A stretch of 64,000 bases of DNA from Proteromonas lacertae (Eukaryota), in NCBI GenBank assembly GCA_002245135.1, contig NGBS01000027.1:1-64000 (forward strand). The letters are read 5' to 3'. The position numbers and the translations under genes are program-made. Positions 12,697 through 24,697 of the stretch are shown here, piece after piece. Positions within the stretch are counted from its first letter, which is position 1; each line of letters begins with the position of its first letter. Below the pieces are notes generated by a model. The model had not been told where the DNA came from. It was given only the letters and a program-made list of their open reading frames with translations, and searched no databases.

Positions 12697-15600
12697 TTAG
12701 TTATTAAAACAATTCAATTCATCAAGAAGGGAATATATCTCTTCTTCTTTATTTGGATCATCTCCTATGTATTCTTTTGCATTTTCATAACATTCTTTGG
12801 CTATTTCTTTTTCTTGCTATACAGTTATAGAATAATTATTAGAAGAATATAATATATAATATTATACACATTTAGAATAGTATTTTCCCATTACTAGATA
12901 ATAGTTATATTTTGAAATATCATCATTCATACTCTCTTTAGCTAGATTTAGATAATATAATGACTTTTCTTTATCTTTACAATATAAATAACATTCTGCT
13001 ATATTGGATTGTGCTACAGATATACAATTTTCATCTGCATATTCTAATGATAATAAACAATATTTCAATGATTCTTGATAATCTTCCTAATTCAATATAA
13101 TATTCTCATATGTATACAATACAAAAATAGCAAACACCTAAGTATTGAGCATTTGAATATTTATCTGCATCTGTTAGAGTATATTCAGATTCTGTTTTAA
13201 AGTAATGAATTGCTTCAACATATTTTTTCTATTTTGATTCAATATAATTGTTTTTATATTATACCATATCCATATAACATAAACCAATATAGCTATTATT
13301 ATTTGACATTTCTCTATTTGATGATGAATGTTCTAATGCAGTTTTAAAGTATGGAATTGCTTCTTCATAATCATTCTATTAATTATTATCTGATTGATAT
13401 ACCAAACTATAATAACACTTTCCAATACAAAAATTATTCTCTACAATCACTTCATCTGATGTGCTATTCTCTAATGCTAATTTATAATACTGAATAGCTG
13501 TTTCATAATTTCCCTATAACAGTAATTAAACATTCATTTTTATACTATTATAACATAACATAATGCAATTTTTCCATTACATGCTTCTCTATTTTCATTT
13601 GATGAACAATACTCTAATTCTGATTTATAATATTGAATAGCTTCTTCATAATCATTCTATTAATTATTATAATATATTTATTATCATACAATGTTTATGT
13701 GGCATAAGCCTAATAAATTGTTACAACTTGATGTTGCTTCGTCTGATGAAGAATACTTTAAAGCCAATTTAAAAAACTGAATTGCATCTTCAAAATCACA
13801 CTATATAACATAATTATTTATTTGATATACCATTTCAAAACAGCACATACCTAAAAAATGCATATCATTTAATATTTCTGTATTTAATGAAGTAGATTCT
13901 AATGATGATTGAGTATGTGAAATATCTTCATCAAAATTATGCTATTATTAATATTATGCAATAGTTATTATACTATTTCCTTATAACACGAAGCAATATT
14001 TTTTATATATTTTAATTTATCTTCATTAGATACAGAATTTAGTATAGCACACTTAAGATATTTAATTGCTTCTCTATAATTATTCTATTGTTATTATAAT
14101 ACAATATTGTTATACTAACTTCATATAACATAGAGCAATATTCTCATTATAACCTTTACAATCTTCTAGTGAGGTAGAACATTCTAATCTTGATTTAAGA
14201 TAAGGAATTGCTTCTTCATAATGATTCTATACATTAATAGATAAAAATTGTTATACTGAAGCCAAATAACAAATACCAATTATTCCTATGCATTTTTGTG
14301 TCTGTTCATCTGATGAAGAATATTGTAATGAATATTTAAAATATGGGATTGCTTCTTCAAATTTATCCTATTCAATTAACAACTCTATTATTTATACCAT
14401 ATTTAAATAACATATGCCAATACTATCATTAAATTCTCTTTTATCTTCATCTGATGAAGCATACTCTAATGCAGAATTATAAAAAGGAATTGCTTCTTCA
14501 TATTTTTTCTATTCATTTCTATATTTTATTAACAATACAATTTGCATTAAAACTAAACCAACATTTGCATTATTACCTACAAAATCTTCTTTTGTTGGAC
14601 AAAACTCTAAAGAAGTTGCTATATACGGAATGGCATCTTCATAATTATTCTATTCAATATTATTTACTTCACATTTATACCATTTTCAAATAACATATAC
14701 CTAGATTATTACTATTATATGATCTTTTCTCATCACAAGAACATATATCTAATGCTGATTTTATGAATGGAATAGCTTCTTCAAACTTATCCTATTTATT
14801 TGTATATATTCTAATACTTATACAATTTTCAAATAGCAACTACCAATGTTTGTATAATCCATTTCTTTATCTTCATCTGATTTACTTAACTCTAAAGCAA
14901 TCTTAAAATACGGAATTGCCTCTCCATATTTCTCCTATTCAAACCACATTTGGAATATTTATACCATTACAGAATAGCAATTACCAATCATATTATTATA
15001 TTTTGATTTTTCTTCAATTACTGTTGAATGTTCTAAAGCATTTCTAAAACATGGAATTGCCTCTTCTATATTAACTATCATATAACACATTCCCATTCTT
15101 TCATTCAATTCTGTAATACTATCATTCGATGAACAATAATCTAATGCACATTTGAAATATCTAATTGCTTCTGCATATTCACCCTATTAATAATAATAAT
15201 AATATATTATACCATTCCAGAATAACATAAACCAAGATATTTGTTATTATCAAACTTTTCATTCTTTGAGATTGAATATTCTAATGCTGATTTATAGAAT
15301 GGAATTGCTTTTTCAAACTCATTCTATTTGATGTTATTATACTTTAATTTTATACATTATTGAAATATTGACTTGCATTACTTCTGTAATATTCTTCATC
15401 CTTAACTTTAGATGAAAAGAGTTTTAAAACAGATTTAATGAAAGGATTTGTTTTTCTACTATCTCTCTTTTTATCTTCTAATGGAATAACTGGAATTTCA
15501 GATTTGACATTACTAGTAGCAATTGGAACTTTATCTTCACTTAATCCTATGGTAATACATCACAATAATATATAATTCTATACTTTTCAATTCATTCATT

Positions 15601-16402
15601 ATTTCATTCAACTCCAAACGATCTTTTTTTTCTTTAACTAGTATTTTCTTTAACAATGAGTTTAAGTTATCACTACTTTCACATTCTAATTGAATATATT
15701 TTATATTCTCAATGTTTTTCATTGTCTCAAACGTGTTTGATCCAAGAAAAGGATATTTCCCACTTTTAATATAGTAAACTACTAATCCAAAATTCCACAT
15801 GTCACTTGATATATCTAATTCTTTTCCTAATATTTCATCTATACAAACAAAACATAAAATCATTTTCATCTCTCTTTATTTTGTTTTTTCTTCCTTTATA
15901 TAATAAATTATTACAATAATCATTAATAACTACTTCATTTTCATCATTCAGAAAGATATTGGAGGGTTTTAAATCACTGTGAATTGTTCCTATTTTTTTT
16001 AGAATCTTCAACATCATCAATATTCCATTTAATACTTTAAATATACTAAAATTTTCTTTGAAATATTTGACAGGATTTATTTCAGCTAAATTCACTTTAT
16101 ACCCTTCCATTATTCGATATAATACATTTTCATCTTCCTCTATCACCTTGTATTTCATGAAACAAGATATATTCAGATAATTCACTATCTTCATTTTATT
16201 TAACACTTCAACTACTATTTTGTCATCCAACTCACTCACATCTGTCACTTTTAATAATTTTGTTGAATTGTCATCCATATCTCGAATTCTGTGAAGTTTA
16301 TTCTTCAATAAACCATCATTCAACAACTATGAAGAAATTGAGTAGAAACAAAAATTATACTTCATATCTATGTTTGGTCAACCAATTGACAAGGTTGTTC
16401 AT
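12697..16402 (-). CDS. Degenerate protein kinase domain plus about 19 TPR-like 37-aa repeats, mostly one per exon; 1-nt frameshift near 15860
   Basis: Kinase motifs HSDLKPSNIFL, INDYC (DFG position), SDMWNFG, GKYPF. Repeats of type xxYEEAIPYFKxALEYSxSxExxxxxNxxIGxCYxxM, separated by about 30-nt GT-AG introns. Stop at 12699-12697. Confidence 0.85.
13118..15323 (-). repeat. Tandem exon-intron array (about 142-bp period): 14 exons of 111 nt plus one two-repeat exon, all with phase-0 introns
   Basis: For example exons 15323-15213, 14934-14824 and 13228-13118 are each 111 nt and bounded by tag| and |gtat. Confidence 0.9.
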
Positions 16403-16895
16403 CAATTATTATCAATAATTAAGAGAATAACGCTAATAATCAAATCTTACAGTTTTTTTAATCTCAAGCTTTTGAATTTGGCTTGATTCTTTTTTTTCTT
16501 CTATTCTTTTTGTTCTTATCAATTTCATTTATAACACTAGTGAATATAACTTATAACTGAAAATCTAAAACCTTCATATGATGTGAGAAATGAAAGTAAG
16601 TTTGTATTTTTTTACTTCATTCTTAATTTTGATTATAACAATAATATATTATGCAATACCATTGATATTGAGTAATAAAATGTTTTGGTTGATAATCTAA
16701 ATAAAAGTAAAAGAAGAAAAGGATTTTTATTTTTCTAATTATTTAATTTTAAATGTAAATCAGCAAATGATTAAACTATCCAAATAGAATTTGTAAATTT
16801 TAATCTATTTCATTCTTTATATTTATAATTATTACATTATTCAATAATCTTATCACAAATTCATTACAAATAACAAATAACTAATATAATATATA

Positions 16896-18589
16896 TTATT
16901 TATTATCAACATCTTCATTTTTATTACTATCATCTTTCTCTTTATCATTTTCTTTCTCATCTTCATCATAATTAACTAACGATTTTATCTCTTTCACTTT
17001 CTCATCATATTCACTCTTCTTCTTTGCAAATTCATCCTGTACTTTATGATATACTTCCATCTCCAACTCCTTAGTTGCATTTAAATAAGCATCTTCACTA
17101 TATTGTCCATTCTCTGCTACTTCTTGATTTTGTTCACTGAGTGATTGTACATCACCAGTTATACCATATCCTTGATTAGCAGCTTCTAAATATTGTTGAT
17201 TAGTATTTGGAAAAAGTGTAGAATCATCACCATTCACTAATGGTATTTGTTTTGGAACATTATAGTTCAATGGATAATTAAATCCAGTATCTTGTAAACA
17301 AATCTGATGAGCTTGTAAACCAGCAATTACTGCATCTTGATCTGATCTTTGTACTGCTTTTCTTGCTACTGGATTTGGATCAGTGTAAGACCATCTTATA
17401 TTTAATATTTCACCTCCACCAAGATCTTGACAAGTCATAGCTACTTTGGCGAATTCTGCATTACATCTTAATCTGTATCTAACAAACGCAACCATTAATC
17501 TTTGTATAACATTGATAGATTCTAATTCACCCCATTCACCAAATTGTTCCCATAACTATTAAACAAATAAAATAAATATAAAAAGTTATACTGCTTTATC
17601 TAAATCATATCCTGGTACTCTTTTCAACCCACCAACATAAAGTGTTCTACATGGATCATCATATGCGCCAACACCTGTCATATCTTCACGATGGTCTTTA
17701 TGACGTTGTCTGCCAAAACAATCATGCATTACATCAAGCATACTATATAATAATAATAATAATAAATAAATAAAAATAGTAAAAAAAAAAGCGAAAATTT
17801 ATAATAATCATACTTGTCATCCTCTAATGTAGGTATTCGATGAAAGAATTCACAGTTTTTACCATACATACAAGCACCTCTAGCAAAATGCAAACAGAAA
17901 TATCTCTTATCTTTTTTACCATGATATTTATCTGCTTTTGTATATCCACAATCTGTTTCAGCATGACATCGTGTTTCTGCAGGTTCATCTGGTTCAAATT
18001 CATTCCAATTATCACCAATCCATCTACCATACCATATATTATACTCATTACATCCTTCTTTACGCTGATTTCCTTTACTTTCTAATTTATTCTGTTGCAC
18101 ACGTGCTGGTCGTTTTAAATATTCTAAATTCTTTGCCTCATATGTACCAGAGAGTGGATTATTAGCAGCTCCTCGACCAAACCAACCTGTGCCACTTGCT
18201 ACATCTCCCATTTCTGCTGGTCTTTGCCACTGCACTTGTCCTGTTTGAGAATTGTAGTAGTAAATGTGTAATGTCTTTGGATCAAATGCTTCTCTCCAAG
18301 GTGTTTCTTTACCAGCCTGTATATTAAAATATAATTATTCATACTAATAGATTCTTCATAGCTCCATCCATTACAATTGTGGAAGAATCTTTTGGCTTTT
18401 CAGTACTACATTGAGAACATGTGTTATGTATTGCTAAGTTTTCTGTTTTACATTTAGGACATTTCCAGTTCCTTTCATAAACTGTGAATGCAGCTCCAAC
18501 AGGACCAGCTACACCAACCTATTTATTAAATAAGTCAATAAATTACATACTGCTATTTTCTTTCGAGGTGGACCATCTTCACTATACAT
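16896..18589 (-). CDS. CWC2: Pre-mRNA splicing factor Cwc2/RBM22-like (Torus, CCCH, RRM) with N-terminal RanBP2 zinc finger and WW domain; 4 introns
   Basis: RPARVQ, EYNIWYGRW, TRCHAETDCGYTKAD, FCLHFARGACMYGKNCEFFHRIP, DCFGRQRH, RTLYVGG, AEFAKVAMTCQDL, LNIRWSYTDPNP. N-terminal WKCPKC..N....TCSQC and WREAFDPKTLHIYYYNSQTGQVQWQRP. Confidence 0.9.
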
Positions 18590-18627
18590 TTTAATCAATT
18601 ACGGTGCAAAAAAATAAATTATCGAAA

Positions 18628-19740
18628 ATGTTGTCACCCCTATTAATTAAAGAATTAGCTATTGCTAAAAGGGCAGTCCGTATTGCCTCAAAAATAGCAA
18701 TTAAAGTTCAAGTATTATATATAGAATATATTCATTGGATAGAGTAATTTAAAGAGTTGTGCTTCAATATCAAAAGAAGATAAATCACCTGTAACGGTTG
18801 CTGATTATGCAGTTCAAGCTACAATCGCATTGATCTTGAAGAATGAATATAGTGGATTTCCATTTAAGTATTATTTTAGATTATTGATAAAATTAATAGA
18901 CTTGTTGGAGAAGAAAATACAAATTTCTTAAAATCTGCAGAATATAAAAGCAAATTAAACGAAGTTACAGAATTAGTGAAAGAATTCTGTCCAATCGAAG
19001 CTCAAGACCCAGCTGAGAATAAAAACAAATGCATATCAGATGATATATTGAAAATAATAAGCGAATGTAACGATAATGGAGGAAAAGATCACTTATTTTG
19101 GTGTTTAGATCCAATTGATGGAACATGCGGTTTTTTACGAAATGGACAGTATGCAATAGGTTTATGTTTAGTAAAGAATGGAATACCAATACTTGGAGTG
19201 ATAGGTTGTCCTAATATGAATATGGGTGGATTAAAGACAGAATCCAATGTGAAATACAATACAGGAGGTAGTTTATATTATGGTGTAGAAAATAATGGAA
19301 GTTTCTTAGAAAATTTGAGTGATGAAAGTGTTGAACCAATAGAATTAAAGAAAGGAATATTAAAGAATAGAGATTATGTTACATCTGTTGAAAGTAGTCA
19401 TAGTAATGAAGAATTAGTTAGAAAGATTGCTTTAGAAAGTAATTATAAGAATGAACCGATCAAATTTGATAGTATGGTGAAATATTGTTTAGTTTGTCAT
19501 GGAGACGCTTCTTTATATCTTCGTATTGTCAAGGACAAGAATTACGTTGAACATATATGGGATCATGCCAGTGGTTATGTAATAGTGAAAGAAAGTGGTT
19601 ATAAGATTTGTGATATAAATGGCAAAGAATTAGATTTTGGTTGTGGAAGAGATTTAGTGAATAATAGAGGTATTATTTGCTGTCATAAAGATGTATTTGA
19701 TGAAGTAGTTGAAAAAGCTAAGAAATTATATAATGAATAA
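18628..19740 (+). CDS. HAL2: 3'(2'),5'-bisphosphate nucleotidase (HAL2/MET22/SAL1, inositol monophosphatase family); 2 introns
   Basis: KEDKSPVTVADYAVQA, LVGEE, WCLDPIDGTCGFLRNGQYA, SVESSHS, DSMVKY, EHIWDHASG. Confidence 0.92.
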
Positions 19741-19847
19741 GATTATCGTTATACTTTTATTATTAATTGATTATTATTTATGAAATTTGCATGTTAGAAA
19801 AACAAAAAATAAACAATACATATCAACTGTATTGTTATGTATTTTTG

Positions 19848-21322
19848 ATGTATTGTTTATTATACCTTTTTTCTCTTTATTCGTTAGTTTCATGTAACTT
19901 TAAACATAATAGTATTTATTACAGTAATGAGTTCAATAAGTATCTATCGAAATATAATACGAAGTTTCAATCGAAGGAAGAATATGAGTATAGAATAGTA
20001 ATTTATTTGTCTTAGATATAGATTGAAGATATTTAGTAGAAATTTAGATGAAATCGAAGAAGTTAATTCAAAGCACACAAATTTTCGTTTAGGATTAACT
20101 CCTTTTGTCCATCTAACAAAAGAAGAATTTAAATCAACTCACTCATCCCCTTTAAATACAAACAAGCAAACATTATCATCACTGCCATATATAACACCAC
20201 ATCTCAAATTAATGTCTTCAGAATCAGTAGATTGGAGAGCACAAGGCAAAGTATCATCAGTAAAAGACCAAGATGAATGTGGTGCATGTTATGCATTCTC
20301 AGGAGCAAGTGCAATGGAAAGCAAACATGCAATAATCAATGGAACATTATATGATTTAAGTGTTCAACAGTTAATTGATTGTTCTTATAAACAAGGATTC
20401 AATGATGGATGCAATGGTGGTAGTGCTTATTATGTATGGGAATATGCTGCAAAATATAAATATTTATGTACAGAAGATGAATATCCATATGCAAATGGTT
20501 TGAATTCAGTTTGTTATGAAAAATACTGTAAAAGGATAGAAAATATTTGCACTCACAGTGGAAGAGTAAAAAGTGATGAAAACTCATTGAAAACTATCGT
20601 TTCAGTTCAACCAGTATCTGTAGCAATAAGAAGTGACTCATTACAGTTTTATAATGGTGGTATATATGATGGAGAATGTATTGGAGATATAAACCATGCA
20701 GTATTAGTTGTTGGATATGGAAGTGATGAAAATGGAATAGATTATTGGATAATTAAGAACAGTTGGGGATTAAATTGGGGTGAAAATGGGTATTTGAGGT
20801 TGATAAGAAATGATGGAAGTAAATATGGAAGATGTGATGTAGCTAGTGAAGGATTAATACCATTAACGTATGTATTATGTATTTTAATATTATTATTTAA
20901 ATAGAAGTGGTGAATATCCAATAAAAGGAATGGATTTGAAACAATATTTATTAGTTATAGTTATTTGTATTATTGTATTATTAATATTATGTGAATGTAT
21001 ACATTGTATATGTGTTAAAGTATGTAACAGAAGAAGAAGAAGAAGAACACATGAAAATACAGTGAATATATCAACTATACCAATTATTAGAATTAATGAT
21101 AATGATAATAGTGTTTTATATGGAATAAATAATAATAATAATAATAATAATAATCCTGTTGTAGTACAACCTAATAATAATCCAAGTGTGTTTGTTACTG
21201 CTACTAGTTTTAGTGATGATGTTGTTTCTCCTAGCGATGATGCTTCTCCAAATGATGGGAAGAAAGAAGTACCAAAAATTACTACGAAATTGTTTAGTAA
21301 AGGATATAGTAAGTTAAAATAA
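19848..21322 (+). CDS. Papain-family (C1A) cathepsin L-like cysteine protease with I29 prodomain, C-terminal TM helix and cytoplasmic tail; 2 introns
   Basis: Signal peptide; ERFNIN-like EYEYR..IFSRNLDEIEEVN; VDWR, QDECGACYAFS, NHAVLVVGYG, YWIIKNSWG. Intron 20868-20904 joins in frame to the TM-containing ORF 20930-21322. Confidence 0.88.
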
Positions 21323-21581
21323 TGTTGTAATTGTTTATATTTTTTCACTTTTTTATGCTGTGTTGATTATGTAAATAGATTTTTTAATGTTTAAAAATAA
21401 TATTCGTTTCATTTTCATCTAATCGTATTTTCTTATTTTCTGATCAGTTTCTCAGTTATTCAGTGCTTTTATATCATTTATTGGAAACTATTCATATTTT
21501 AGATTGGATAAAGCAAAATATCAATCAGCAGAGCAAATTTACACAATTTTTGTAACAAATAGTATATAGGTCAATTGAAAG

Positions 21582-24500
21582 ATGAATATCTATATAAAAC
21601 CATACTCAAAGTTATTTGTTGATAATGGGAAATGCTATAAAAAGAAAATCAGCATAATAGATAAATCAAAGGAATCTATCCACAATTTTGTATATTTACT
21701 CTGAATTATTATTTATATAGATATTTTCGTTGAATAAAATTTCATATTTCTTCATTTTTAGACATTCTTTTCAAATACTTCCTTCAGAACTTACAATCAT
21801 TCTTCCTTACTATAAAAATGGTTCAATACAGAATATTATTCCCCTTCAACAAGATGAATCAACAATAATAGAAATAATAAAATCAATAACAAAACAAATA
21901 GTTCAACTTCATTCAATTTATCAATTTCATGGAAGATTGAAAAGTTCAAATATTCTAATAACAGATACAGATGAATACATTATAACAAATTATTGTGAAT
22001 ATATGATAAATGATAATAGATATAGTAATTGGAGAGATAGATTCTACGAAAGTCCTGAAGTATATAGAAATAAAGAATTAATGAATGATAAAAGTGATGT
22101 TTATAGTATTGGTGTTATATTTTATGAATTATTAAATGAAGGAGAACTTCCAATATTAGGAGTGGAAATGAAAAATAATAAATACATTTCCTTAATATGT
22201 AAATTAATAGAAAGTGATTATAGAAAGAGAATATCTGCAGTTGAATTATTAAATGAATTGAAATGTATAGAAAAAAAAAGAATAGAACAAAATAGTGATT
22301 TATTTTGTTTATTATTAAGTAATAAGTATGAATTAGAGGATAGAATTGTAGAAAAATCAATAGAATTCAATGAAAGTATATATTCTTTTATTTTATGTTT
22401 TTTTTTTTTAATAGAGAATTTAATCAGAATAACTAATGATTTAAATAATAGCGATTACAGTTTATATGCTTTTGTATTACTGAAGTTAAGTTGGAAGAAT
22501 AGTAAATGGAAAGAAATAATTGATTCTACAATAGATAGGAAAGTTAGTAGTAATGTAAAAGACTTTTATTTTTCTTCAAAAAGAAAATATGGATTGAATT
22601 TAAGTAATAAAAATAGATTATTAAATATGATGAAGAACAATACAATAAGAATCACTGAATTAAAATCAATAAATTACTATGGTTGTTTGTTACTGTTTAG
22701 TTCAAAAATATATGAACAATTTTATATATTGAGGAATTTGAAATACATTAATATGTCAAGTATATATATTTTTATTTTTATTATTATTATTATTTGATTA
22801 GAAACATCTAGCAGTTATTTATATATTACTAGATTTACTAACCAACTTCATTACTTCACACATCTTAAATCATTAAAAATATCATACAATAGAATTGATA
22901 ATAAAACATTTGGAAGAATTATGAAGAATTGTGGAATTATGAAAGAGTTGGAGATGCTTTATTTAACAGGAAATAATCTTAATAACAATTCAATTAGATG
23001 CTTCTATCATTATGCTTATAAATTTCCAAATTTGAAATTAATAGGTCTATTTAAAAATAGGAAAATTAAAATGAAAAGTGTGAAACTACTTCTGTATGAA
23101 AAGATGAAAAGAAATGAAGATTTTAATTTTATGGTTGATAGTATATATTTATATATTTTCTTAATATAACTGTTATAGTATCATCCACAGCAATATTTGA
23201 CTTGCTATATTATAATGGATATGTAATAAATAAAGGAAATGTATTTAAGTCAATCAACAGAAAGACAATTCAACATATTATAGCATTATTTAACAAAGCT
23301 GAAGATAAGAATGAATTATTCATCATTTTATATATTCTCTCATTTATAAGTGAACAAAATCTCATCTTAATTAAGCCACATGTAGAAGCATTATCTCGTT
23401 ATAGAGATTTATTCAAAGGAATAGGAAATAATGAAATGATTTATCCAAGTATAATTATATATATATTCATTTAGATACATTGATGGATAAAAAATCTTAT
23501 GATTTAATAATGACAATATGTGAAAGAGCACCAAAAATATTAAAAATGGATATGTATAATACATATATAGATGATGATACTCTTTATAAGATATTGAATA
23601 ACAAAAATATTAACAGATTAAAACATGTAAAGTATTTAGATTTTTCATGTATTTATATAATCTATATATTATTATTTGTTTTATTATTTTTGTATAGGTA
23701 ATAGACTTGGTAGAAAGAGTATCAACAAATTATTCAGTTTATTTTCCACATTTCAAAATCTGACATTCTTTGGTTTTAGTGATAATTGTATTACAAGTAA
23801 CTGTGTTGATGGATTTATTGAAAATATCCGTTATTTAATATCTATTCATCATATATTCCTTGGTAATAACAACTTTAGTGAAGAAGGTACTAACAGATTA
23901 TTACAATCATTGACTTGTTGTACAACTTTAGATACATTATCAATACAACGAAGTAATGTGACTGATAAATCTTGTAAATTACTAAACCAATTGTTGAAAA
24001 AACTGCCAATGATATATTATTTAAAATTAAATAGGAATAGAATCACTGATAAAGGGATTTATAACCTTTTCTATGGTATTACAACAGCTATTTCTTTGAA
24101 AATATTAGATTTATGTGGTATATATATATATATATATATATATCATAATATATATTTAGATAATTATATTACAGAAAATGCTTTAAAATATATGTTTTAT
24201 AATACATATCTGGATAATTTAACTGATGTTAGTCTAAGTGGAAATCCAATCAAAAGAGATGATGAATTATATCTTCATATTCTTGATTTTGATGATAAAT
24301 GTATATATATATAGTTATTCATATAAACGTAGATACTGATATTGAAGATATATTATCTGATTTTAGAGGTGAAACAAAACTTACTGTTAAGAATAATAAA
24401 GTCATATCATTATCCCCAAGTATATATATTCATACTATCTTCTATTGTATAGATTTAATACATGAATTAGTTGGATTATATAAAAGTCAAAACAGGAATG

Positions 24501-24661
24501 AAGAGTATTTCAGAATAATGACAAAAGTGATATTTGAAAATCCATACAGTTCAACAAGAAATAATTTCCTGAAAGAGTTTGACAGTAATAAAGATGAGTT
24601 TAAAATGATTGAAGGTATTATTGCTGATAATTCATTAAGTTATAACTGTATGAATATAACG

Positions 24662-24697
<36 letters not shown>

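Noticed and set aside
13118..15323. CRISPR-like or satellite array (about 142-bp period)
   Set aside because: Units are divergent protein-coding exons with splice sites, not identical repeats with spacers.
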